Shown: positions 12,401 through 22,440 of the stretch, one piece after another | Layout: each line of letters begins with the position of its first letter | How positions within the stretch are numbered: the first letter of the stretch is position 1 | NCBI GenBank assembly: GCA_044892505.1 | Contig: CM097883.1 | Location: forward strand, 275,900,001 to 275,964,000 | Origin: Schmidtea nova | Taxonomy: Eukaryota | DNA length: 64,000 nt | Direction of reading: 5' to 3' | The notes under the pieces: generated by a model | Database searches by the model: none | Seen by the model: only the letters and a program-made list of their open reading frames with translations | Told to the model about the DNA's origin: nothing | Position numbers and translations under genes: made by a program

Positions 12401-13508
12401 CAGTTCTCCGCAACCTTTTTAAACACACGGCACAGTAATATTATTTCTTAAATTTGTCCATAGTAAAAACGCAGGTTGTAAAAGTAGGGATTCGGACAAT
12501 TCACCGTATAGTAATTCACCGTATAGTAATTAACCGTATAGTAATTCACCGTATAGTAATTCACCGTATAGCAAATCACCGTATAGTAATTCACCGTATG
12601 AATAATTCATCGTATGAGCAATTCATCGTANNNNNNNNNNNNNNNNNNNNNNNNNNNNNNNNNNNNNNNNNNNNNNNNNNNNNNNNNNNNNNNNNNNNNN
12701 NNNNNNNNNNNNNNNNNNNNNNNNNNNNNNNNNNNNNNNNNNNNNNNNNNNNNNNNNNNNNNNNNNNNNNNNNNNNNNNNNNNNNNNNNNNNNNNNNNNN
12801 NNNNNNNNNNNNNNNNNNNNNNNNNNNNNNNNNNNNNNNNNNNNNNNNNNNNNNNNNNNNNNNNNNNNNNNNNNNNNNNNNNNNNNNNNNNNNNNNNNNN
12901 NNNNNNNNNNNNNNNNNNNNNNNNNNNNNNNNNNNNNNNNNNNNNNNNNNNNNNNNNNNNNNNNNNNNNNNNNNNNNNNNNNNNNNNNNNNNNNNNNNNN
13001 NNNNNNNNNNNNNNNNNNNNNNNNNNNNNNNNNNNNNNNNNNNNNNNNNNNNNNNNNNNNNNNNNNNNNNNNNNNNNNNNNNNNNNNNNNNNNNNNNNNN
13101 NNNNNNNNNNNNNNNNNNNNNNNNNNNNNNNNNACCGTAAATTATTCACCGTATAGTGAATTGCTCATACGGTGAATTGTCCGCAAATCGTAAAAGTAAT
13201 ATGAATAACCCAAAGAAAAATATTTAATAAAAAAAGTAATAAAAAAAGTATTGATTTTAGATAGTAGAAACTTATCATAAAAATTAGTGTTGCTAAAATG
13301 TGAAAATTTATGAACTAAATTGTTTTAAACGAGTACTCTGTATTCTAGGAACTTCAAGATTTAATAGACAATAGTTTTTCTGTATTACTTTTTAAAAAAT
13401 ATATATAATTGTTTTAAAATTCATAATTAAAATTTTAAAAATGTGAAATTTTTGATTTGACTGCGAAACGTCCAACTACGATTGCGGCACACTGGTTGCG
13501 GAGCACTG
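12401..13508. mobile_element. hAT-type MITE
   Basis: 15-bp TIRs CAGTTCTCCGCAACC / GGTTGCGGAGCACTG (1 mismatch); perfect 8-bp TSD TTCTAGGT (12393-12400, 13509-13516). Confidence 0.85.
12487..13189. mobile_element. MULE-like/foldback MITE with internal 15-bp tandem repeat (TAGTAATTCACCGTA), nested in the hAT MITE
   Basis: Inverted ends containing CGGACAATTCACCGTAT; perfect 9-bp TSD GTAAAAGTA (12478-12486, 13190-13198); the centre is an N gap. Confidence 0.7.
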
Positions 13509-15171
13509 TTCTAGGTAATCACGAAAGTTTTTCGAAGTTTTTCCAAGTGTTTAAGTGAGCTAAAAGTAGTTATAGTTATGGATAAAAGTAGTAGAGTAAA
13601 AGTGTAAGTTAGGTAGTTATCAAAAGTTATTGCACTGAGTTTGGCTGCTACTTATATTCTGTTTTGTTCAGCCAAAACAGTCAATCAGATATTTTCTCCT
13701 CCATAATTGGTCCAAAGAATCCAATTCATCAAATAATATGGATATTTTGACCAATTAATTTTCTATTTCTTTTCAATTCTCTTGTATTTATTCTTATTTT
13801 AATTTAATTTATTTCTGTTTATCATTTCCATTCCTTGGAGGGGGGGTAATCTATCATTATTTTGAATTATGTTTTATTTTTCTTTCTTTAACGTTTCTGT
13901 TTTTTCTTCCTTAACATAATTTTGTTAGTACCATTTTAATTGTTCTTGATTCTTTATTTCTTTTTTAATTATTTGAGTTTATTTCTGTTCTTGTGGGTTT
14001 TCACTCTACTATTCCTTGCAAATTTTGATTTATTTACTCTCCTAATATTTTTACTCTTTACTTCTTATTTTATTTTCCATTTCACTTTTTCCTTTCGATG
14101 TTTTAAGTTTCACTTTTATTTTCTATTTATTTTATTATTATTTTAATTTTTTACTTTTAATTCTGTGTTTATGAGTTGTGCTAACTCAAGTAAGGGAAAT
14201 AGAGCGGTCTATCACAAGCCATTTATCCTTTTATTGTTATTTCTTTATTATTAATATTTCTTTTCTATTATCATTTTTATTATTGTCATTATGGCTATTT
14301 AAACCGCAGTGATCTCGGTAGGTACCCTTACGGACACCGGATAACCCCCCTTTTTCTGCTAATTTTTTATTATTAATATTTTAATTAAATTCAATATTTG
14401 AATTTTAAAAGCTTACTATAGTAATAAACTATAGTAAGCTGACAATTTGAAAAATAAATTGATTAAAAAAGAATTAATTAAAAAAATACAATTTGACGAA
14501 CGAAACCTGTTGATATCGCTAGAACAGAAATCTGGCTGTTACGAAAAGGGAAAAAGAGTAGAAAACCAAATAAATCAAAAAAAATATTAACGGGAAAAAA
14601 AAGAAAGCTAGTTTTATCAGTTAATTTAAATTCTTACATTATCAATTCCTACATTAACAGTTCCTACAATTATCAGTTCTTACATTATCAATTCCTACAT
14701 TATCAATCCCAATAACCGAACCAGCTCTACACCCATTTACTTTATCAATCGGTTTTGTCAGTACCAATAATAGAGTCGGCCATACAGCAATTAGATCAGT
14801 TTTCAAGCAGTGTTTGGTGCGAATAATAACTTATTTTCTTAAATAAATCGAAAGGAACGGAAACTAAAAGTTATCAAGAATTTTAAAGTAACTTTTCGTG
14901 GTTTTTAGTTTATTTTTCTTTGATAAAATTTGGTAAAGTAATCAATTGTTTGTATTATTCGGTTGTTATTTATATTTTATATATTCAATTATTGTAAAAT
15001 TTCTTACCGCAAGCACTTACACAACAAACAACCCGAGTGTCTACACACAAACATTGTAAAACTCTCTCGGGTTCTACAACTTCTCCCTCAACACACCTTT
15101 ATTCACGACATAATAATACACAACGTAATAATAAACATATTAAATAAAACACAACTTATTACCATAAAAAC

Positions 15172-15184
15172 TGGTGTCAGAAGT
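15172..15184 (+). promoter_or_regulatory. Primer-binding site complementary to the 3' end of tRNA-Leu
   Basis: TGGTGTCAGAAGT directly after the LTR; the same core is at 20489-20499 (element B) and 37463-37475 on the minus strand (element C). The tRNA identity is recalled from the ...CUUCUGACACCA 3' end of animal tRNA-Leu. Confidence 0.7.
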
Positions 15185-15360
15185 CAACACAACACACACA
15201 CTCGTCGTTTTTTTCAAACGTTAACGCCTTTAGCATACCTATTATAGAGGTATAAGGATTAGCGTCACTTTTAGCCGAACACAGTAGGCTATATCCTTCA
15301 GTTAACCTCAATTTTTTTACATCAACAAACATTAAAAGAAACAACAGCAAAATAAATCAA

Positions 15361-16436
15361 ATAGCATCAAATCAAACAAATCCTAACACCTGACAAACAC
15401 CCATTGACAACGAAAATGCACAATCCCAACATCAAAACAACAATTATTATTACAACCCCGAAAATCACACACCATAAACTCTGTAATTAACTCGAAACCT
15501 AACCTACCAAACTACTTTACCGACGAAAATGGTACTCCACAAAAATGGCTAGAATTTGCCAATTTAACATAAACATTGTCTGGAATTAAATCCACAAAAA
15601 CCCTATGTTCCAATATTATAGCCGCCCTTCCTAGTAACAAACTAAATGAAATCGCGGATTAAATTGAAGAAATTTCTAAGGATGAAGACCCCTTTCACAA
15701 ACTGTGTAACATCCTTACGAACAAAAATAAAATAAATAGACGGCAAATGCTCGAATCTTGCCTCACCAACACTAAGTTAGGTGACTATAAACCCTCTGAT
15801 TTCCTCAGACAATTAAAACAAAAACAAGAATATTTGCAACCAAATATCACAAATTCGGGTTCAAATGAACTAGTTAAAGAATTCTTTTTACGAGAAATGC
15901 CACCAGAAATCAGGCGGATTCTCGCAGCCAGCAATAACGCCGATGTTAAAACACTTGCCGACATAGCGGAAAAAACCAACGAAGAAATTTATCCGACTAT
16001 ATGCAGCACCCAAAACTACAACAAAAACAAAATAAACTACAATAATCAACCAAACAACGAGACAAACAAAAACATGAATAAACTATTAAACACCCTAATC
16101 GGAAAATTTGACGAAATCATAGTCGAAAACAAACAAGTTAAAGTGGAACTGGTCGAAATTAAAGAAAAATGCTACAGGCAAAACAACAATTCAAATTCAA
16201 TGTCTGAAAGATACAACAGATAATACTACAACAGAGACCATTCACCAAATCAATACAACAGAAACAGGTCAAACTCGCCAAACAAATACAATAATTATCG
16301 AGACAAAAGTCCAGAAAAACAAGCGAGAACAATTTAATAAATGAAAATCATTGCTATTTTCATAATAAATTTGGTGAAAAAACCTTTAAATGCACTAAGC
16401 CCTGCAACTTCCATAAAACGAAACAGGGAAACTAAA
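15361..16436 (+). pseudogene. gag: gag of element A
   Basis: Aligns to the gag of element B with start ATG>ATA and several stops; includes ORF 15747-16223 and the CYFHNKFGEKTFKCTKPC (CHCC) knuckle near 16350-16405. Confidence 0.8.
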
Positions 16437-16437
16437 A

Positions 16438-17418
16438 ATGTCACCAATGATAGCACCCACATTTGGTGACAAAAACAATACATTCATGGTGCACTCAAAT
16501 AACACAGAATTCCTAATTGACACAGGTTCTGTGATCTCCTTATTACCCCATTACCTGCACAAAAACTCAAAAAACGCAGAAAAACATTTAACCGCAGCAA
16601 ATGGCACAAACATTAAAACATTTGGTGAACACACACTAACTTTAACAATCAATTCAAAGAAATACAGCTGGACATTCACCATAGCTGAGGTCCAACAAGC
16701 AATAATAGGAGCAGACTTCCTAACAAATTACAACCTTACAGTAGACTGCCGAAACAAAACATTAACTGAAAACTCAAACACAAACAAAGAATCCGTCAAA
16801 ACTATGACGACAACCGATTCAAGAATAGACATTGGTGTTATCCAAATGGGTCCAAAAAACAACAAATCAAAACAAAACATGAATCATGGCCCAGAAATAA
16901 ACGCACTTCTGGAAAAAGTCGACAAACTTATCGCACCAGTAACTTTCGACAAGAAAGCAAACATAAAAAACAACGAAGAAATAAATAAACAAATGACAAC
17001 TAAAAACAGTGAGAACATTGAAAAAAAGTCAAAAGGAATACTAAAAATGAGACCAAACTCAGAAAACGATGGCAAAACAATACTAACAACCGATTATTTA
17101 CTAATAAAAAAGCCATATACAAAAGGTTTCGAACCAAAATACGAAGGCCCATTCAAACTGCTGGAAATTAACAAAAAGGTGGCAGCAATAATAAAAGACA
17201 ACATCAAAATAAGAATCAATCTAAGTCGAATAAAACCGTATCACAACAATCAAAACATCTCAAACAGCCCCACAAAAGAAAAAGCACCGACACAAACAAA
17301 GACACAGCCAAACGACAAACACATCTCATTCAACTCCAAAAACTCAATAAAACTGTTTGACAAAGACACAATAATCACACCCCTATACATAAAACGATAC
17401 AGCGAATGCTTTAAATAA
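16438..17418 (+). CDS. Retropepsin fused in frame to the integrase C-terminal tail (deletion product)
   Basis: FLIDTGSVISLLP and IIGADFL protease motifs joined directly to KPYTKGFEPKYEGPFKLL, which matches the tail of element B ORF 23663-24988. Confidence 0.8.
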   Translation: MSPMIAPTFGDKNNTFMVHSNNTEFLIDTGSVISLLPHYLHKNSKNAEKHLTAANGTNIKTFGEHTLTLTINSKKYSWTFTIAEVQQAIIGADFLTNYNLTVDCRNKTLTENSNTNKESVKTMTTTDSRIDIGVIQMGPKNNKSKQNMNHGPEINALLEKVDKLIAPVTFDKKANIKNNEEINKQMTTKNSENIEKKSKGILKMRPNSENDGKTILTTDYLLIKKPYTKGFEPKYEGPFKLLEINKKVAAIIKDNIKIRINLSRIKPYHNNQNISNSPTKEKAPTQTKTQPNDKHISFNSKNSIKLFDKDTIITPLYIKRYSECFK

Positions 17419-17839
17419 AAACACAAATTCACACAAGCAAAACACACGCATAACACAGCTAATTGTACAGTTTTTTATCATTTTGTAAATATGTAACTTA
17501 TTGTGTTAAACTGTTGTAAAACATAACAAAACAAAAATTAGGTTAATAACGTTGGTAATTTGTAAATTTTTCGTTCTATTTGTTAACCTCCGATTTTAAA
17601 GGGGGAAGTAATGTAATGAGTTGTGAATTTTTGTTATTTCATTATTATTATTTATTTTCTATTATCATTTTTATTGTTGTCATTATGTCTATTTAAACCG
17701 CAGTGATCTCGGTAGGTATCCTTACGGACACCGGATAACCCCCTTTTTCTGCTAATTTTTTATTATTAATATTTTAATTAAAATTCAATATTTGAATTTT
17801 AAAAGCTTACTATAGTTGTTGCTTCGATTTAGAAAGGCA

Positions 17840-18139
17840 GTCATCTTTCATTATCAGTAGAAAACAACTGGAAGGTTGTCCATATCTCAATTCTGCATTA
17901 AACAGTATCGGTGAAGCGTGTATGAACCATTTCTCTGACATTAAGTCATAATTCTCAATTGAACTTTCAAGATCATCCTTGTATATTCCAACAGCTGCTC
18001 TCACGAACCTGTGTTGTGGTCGTTCTACGACCTTGTCAACGATTCTTAATATATAAGACCTTTTCAACGTTTCAAATCCGGAATAATCAATAGCATTGTC
18101 TAGAGTTTCCGCACTTTTCACAACGATCTCATAGATATC
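17840..18139 (-). pseudogene. RRM1: Ribonucleotide reductase large-subunit internal fragment
   Basis: GFETLKRSYILRIVDKVVERPQHRFVRAAVGIY...YDLMSEKWFIHASPILFNA...QPSSCFLLIMKDD matches class Ia RNR1 (GFKTLERSY...ERPQH...THASPTLFNAG...QLSSCFLL); truncated at both ends and lacking the DRDFxY segment. Confidence 0.9.
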
Positions 18140-18175
18140 ACCAAATGAATGTCCCAAGTTCTTCAATTTACAAAA

Positions 18176-18577
18176 TCCACCGTTGAAAGCAGCACAATTC
18201 AATGAACTTTTATCTTTAGGAACGGAAATATATTTATTGACAACTGGTTCCCGTTCCATTAAATGATAAATGTTATCGTTGTCGACTGCTCTTTCTAAAT
18301 CTTCAATTTCCTTCGAATGAATAGCTTTCCAAAATGGGCCTTTAATATATAATAATAAGGATTTCAGCTTGGTTTTTCTTTTAAACTGCTTATCGCGAAG
18401 AACAACCAGATGTAACAGTCGAACACCGACATGACATCAAAAATCAGCTAGCTTTGAATGAATTTCATCAGTATTTCCAGATTTATCTTCAGCATATTTA
18501 ACCATTTCCACAAACAGATATGCACATGAAGTTAAATTAGTTTCTCCTTTCAATTTAGTCAAATTTCGAATAATTCC
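18176..18577 (-). pseudogene. TRAPPC5: TRAPPC5/Trs31 fragment (N-terminal ~two thirds)
   Basis: Frame reads LTKLKGETNLTSCAYLFVEMVKY...SKLADF*CHVGVRLLHLVVLRDKQFKRKTKLKSLLLYIKGPFWKAIHSKEIEDLERAVDNDNIYHLMEREPVVNKYISVPKDKSSLNCAAFNGG, collinear with remembered TRAPPC5 (ALLFSELVQH...VGARVLD...RETK...VKGAVWKALFGKEADKLE...IIEREPLINTYISVPKENSTLNCASF); one TGA at 18437-18439. Confidence 0.85.
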
Positions 18578-20026
18578 ACAAACAATTCAAAATTCAATAA
18601 AAATGCCGTTCAAATTTATAATTATTTATCTAAAAGTCAAAATGTTTACAAGAAAATCAATTTAAAGATTAACAATTTTAAACAAATCAAAATTTCATTA
18701 TAGTTAATTTAATTTTATAACATATAAGATTTTTTTTTCTAAAATTAAGTTTTTAGTATCACACATTCTATTTTTCTTTCTTAATTTTTCTTTCAATTTT
18801 TCTTTTAATTTTAATTTTTGTTTTCTTTACGATTTAGATTTATTGTTGTTCCTTAGGAAATTGACTCAAAATTTAAAGTCATTTCCTAAGTTACTAAATC
18901 ACACAAGGTCAGGCGGAACAAACTGATCAACAATAGTAATAAACTATAGTAAGCTGACAATTTGAAAAATAAATTGATTAAAAAAGAATTAATTTAAAAA
19001 ATACAATTTGACGGACGAAACCTGTTGATATCGCTAGAACAGAAATCTGGCTGTTACGAAAAGGAAAAAAGAGTAGAAAACTAAACAAATCAAAAAAAAT
19101 ATTAACGGGAAAAAAAGAAAGCTAGTTTTATCAGTTAATTTAAATTCTTACATTATCAATTCCTACATTAACAGTTCCTACAATTATCAGTTCCTACAAT
19201 TATCAGTTCTTACATTATCAATTCCTACATTATCAATCCCAATAACCGAACCAGCCCTACACCCATTTACTTTATCAATCGGTTTTGTCAGTACCAATAA
19301 TAGAGTCGGCCATACAGCAATTTGATCAGTTTTCAAGCAGTGTTTGGTGCAAATAATAACTTATTTTCTTAAATAAATCGAAAGGAATGGAAACTAAAAG
19401 TTATCAAGAATTTTAAAGTAACTTTTCATGGTTTTTCAGTTTATTTTTCTTTAATAAAATTTGGTAAAGTAATCAATTGTTTGTATTATTCGGCTGCTAT
19501 TTATATTTTATATATTCAATTATTGTAAAATTTCTTACCGCAAGCACTTACACAACAAACACCCCGAGNNNNNNNNNNNNNNNNNNNNNNNNNNNNNNNN
19601 NNNNNNNNNNNNNNNNNNNNNNNNNNNNNNNNNNNNNNNNNNNNNNNNNNNNNNNNNNNNNNNNNNNNNNNNNNNNNNNNNNNNNNNNNNNNNNNNNNNN
19701 NNNNNNNNNNTTATTATTTGATTTTTATGATTGCATATTACGTGTGATTGCGGTTCAGGTTATAAAGGCGTGGTATCCCCCACATCCCTGCGTGTCGAGA
19801 ACAACATCTTTTTCTTTATTATTGTGATTATTTTTATTATTTTTTATTCGAAATTCAAATTTGGCTTACTATAGCAAATGCTATAGTAAGCCAAATTGAC
19901 AAATTGAAAATATGGATTTTATGAATTTAAAAAATAATAATTAAAATAAAAACTGAAAGACCTAATTTTGATTAAAACTTATGAAACAAACTACTAAATG
20001 AAAAGCATATTCTGAAACGGAATATC

Positions 20027-20239
20027 AATAAATAAAAGACATTAAATCTGAGTTAGAAGATTGCCAAAATCCATTTCCTCCAAATACTTCAATAAATAAA
20101 AGACATCAAATCTGAGTTAGAAGATTGCCATAATCCATTTACTCCAAATACTTCAATAAATAAAAGAAATTAGATCTGAGTTAGAAGATTGATAAAATCC
20201 ATTTACTCCAAATACTTCGATAAATAAAAGACATTAGAT
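20027..20239 (+). repeat. 64-bp tandem array in the 5' LTR of element B (3 units plus a partial)
   Basis: Unit AATAAATAAAAGACATTAGATCTGAGTTAGAAGATTGCCAAAATCGATTTCCTCCAAATACTTC starting at 20027, 20091, 20155 and (partial) 20219. Confidence 0.9.
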
Positions 20240-20679
20240 ATCACTCCAAAAGTCAAAGTAATTTTTTTATAGTTCGAGTTATTAGAAACTTTAGATTGTG
20301 ATAATAATTTATTTGTGAATAATTAATTTATTTTGTTAATTTGTTGTTACTGTTTTTAGCATCACATAGCATACACCCCGAGTGTCTGCACACGAATACC
20401 GCAAGATTCTCTCGGGATCTACAATTCTCTTCTTACACTCACAGACGCTAAAGACATTTAAAACAACATAAATAACAAACATAATAACTGGTGTCAGAAA
20501 TCAACACAACACATAGACACTCGTCGTTTTTTTTCAAACGTTAACGCCTTCAGCATACCTATTATAGAGGTATAAGGATTAACGTTACTTTAAACCGAAC
20601 ACAGTAGGCTATATCCTTCAGTCAATCTCATTTGTTTCGCATAAAAAAACAACAGAACAAACAACAACAATACAATTAA

Positions 20680-22440
20680 ATGGCATCGAACCAAGCAAAC
20701 CCAAATACTTCACAAACACCCATGGACAACGAAAATACACATTCCCAACACCAAGACAACAATATTTATCACAACGACGAAAACACCCAAATACAAAGGG
20801 AAAATAGCCACTATTATTTTAACCAAGAAAACACTCACACAATTAATCCCATGATTAACCAAATCCCAAATATTTTTATCAACGAAGGAGGTTCGGTGCA
20901 AAAATGGTTGAAACTAGTCAAATTGACATTAACCCTGAGCGGGATAACCTCACCAAGACTAATATGCTCACAAATATTCACGGCACTCCCAAACAATATA
21001 CGCAAAACAATTGCGGATCAAATAGACAAATTTTTCAATTGCAATAACCCATTTGAAAAACTGTGCAGCATATTAGCAAATTGGGACGAAACAAACAAAA
21101 AAGAAATACAAGAACCTTTCACAAACAACAGGCAAAAGGATAATATCCAAAATAATTTTTCAAATCCACTAAAACAGAATTTGGAGTACGTCCAAACAAA
21201 ATTAGCAAACATTGACGTAAATGAACAGAGATCATGTCAAACATTAACAACTAAAAATAAGGAAATCGAAAATAAAAGGTGGACAGACATTGTCGATAAA
21301 ATAAATGCAGGAGATTACCCCAGCATTAATAGTACTCATGACTACAAAAACAAAATACTTAACCATGAACAAGAGGGTGAAGAAAAGGAAAGAACAGAAA
21401 TTAACGAAACAAACAGAATTCTTAGTAAGTTAATAAGTCAACTAGACAAAATATCAACTGAAAACAAAAGGTTCAAATTAGAACTAAAAGAAATTAAAGA
21501 AAAAAATCTAAAACAAAACTACTGTCCAAATCAAATATCGTACAGGCTCAATAGGCCAAAACCAAACTCAGGAAATCAACACCAAAACTTTTACAACAAT
21601 AAAAACAAAGGATCTGACAATAGACAAAAATTCTGGAAACCAGAAATTAGATTATCAAACCAAGAATGGTGTTACTTTCATTGCAAATTTGGAGAAAAAG
21701 CATTCAGATGCACAAAACCATATAGATACAACGAAAAAAACACAGAAAAATTGAAAACTTTACAAGTAGTTATTCCTACATCTGGTGAAACAAATACAGA
21801 AAAACTGAAAACGTTACCAGTAGTAGCACCTACATTTGACAATAAACATACAACCTTTTCAGTATGTTCAAATAAAATAGAATTCCTAGTGGACACGGGT
21901 TCAGTGATATCACTATTATCACATATTTTGTACAAAAATACAAAAAATCAAAGCAAACTACTAACTGCAGCCAATGGATCTAACATAAAAACTTTTGGGG
22001 AACAGGATATAACCCTAACAATAAACAACAAACCTTACAAGTGGACATTCACGATAGCCGAAGTTCAACAAGAAATAATAGGTGCAGATTTCTTATCGAA
22101 ATATAATTTTCTGGTCGACTGTAAAAACAAAAGACTTATAGAAAATTCAAACACAACAGATATACAACACGTCATGATATGCAAAACCAAGCCGAAGATG
22201 GACATAGGCGTTGTTTTAATAAACAATAAAAATAAAGTTCTTTTTCAACAAAGCAAAACAACCCCAGAAATTAGCAAACTACTGAATCAATTCAGTGAAT
22301 TAACTGAACCAGTTCAATTTAGCGATGATTCAGAACACATAACTGAACACGCAATAATAACTAATGGAAATCCAGTACACGCAAAAGTAAGGCCACTGGA
22401 TCGCGAAAAAAATAGAAATTACGAAAAACATTTTCGATGA
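20680..22440 (+). CDS. gag: Gag-protease ORF of element B
   Basis: WCYFHCKFGEKAFRC knuckle and FLVDTGS protease motif; ends prematurely through an extra A in the run near 22405. Confidence 0.85.
   Translation: MASNQANPNTSQTPMDNENTHSQHQDNNIYHNDENTQIQRENSHYYFNQENTHTINPMINQIPNIFINEGGSVQKWLKLVKLTLTLSGITSPRLICSQIFTALPNNIRKTIADQIDKFFNCNNPFEKLCSILANWDETNKKEIQEPFTNNRQKDNIQNNFSNPLKQNLEYVQTKLANIDVNEQRSCQTLTTKNKEIENKRWTDIVDKINAGDYPSINSTHDYKNKILNHEQEGEEKERTEINETNRILSKLISQLDKISTENKRFKLELKEIKEKNLKQNYCPNQISYRLNRPKPNSGNQHQNFYNNKNKGSDNRQKFWKPEIRLSNQEWCYFHCKFGEKAFRCTKPYRYNEKNTEKLKTLQVVIPTSGETNTEKLKTLPVVAPTFDNKHTTFSVCSNKIEFLVDTGSVISLLSHILYKNTKNQSKLLTAANGSNIKTFGEQDITLTINNKPYKWTFTIAEVQQEIIGADFLSKYNFLVDCKNKRLIENSNTTDIQHVMICKTKPKMDIGVVLINNKNKVLFQQSKTTPEISKLLNQFSELTEPVQFSDDSEHITEHAIITNGNPVHAKVRPLDREKNRNYEKHFR

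Larger units (their letters stand above)
17817..18932 (-). mobile_element. 1116-bp TGTTG...CAACA cassette carrying captured host-gene fragments, inserted in the 3' LTR of element A
   Basis: 5-bp TSD ATAGT (17812-17816, 18933-18937); the intact target is visible in the 5' LTR at 14410-14440. Confidence 0.85.
14166..19568 (+). mobile_element. Ty3/Gypsy element A (CsRn1-like clade), internally deleted, non-autonomous
   Basis: 5' LTR ~14166-15169, PBS TGGTGTCAGAAGT 15172-15184, gag, protease, integrase C-tail, PPT AAAGGGGGAAGTAA 17598-17611, 3' LTR from 17612 (interrupted at 17817-18932; its end falls in an N gap). No RT, RNase H or integrase core. Confidence 0.88.

Noticed and set aside
17810-18259. 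ORF as a functional ribonucleotide reductase
   Set aside because: Only ~100 residues are RNR; the rest is TRAPPC5, and most of the catalytic barrel is absent.
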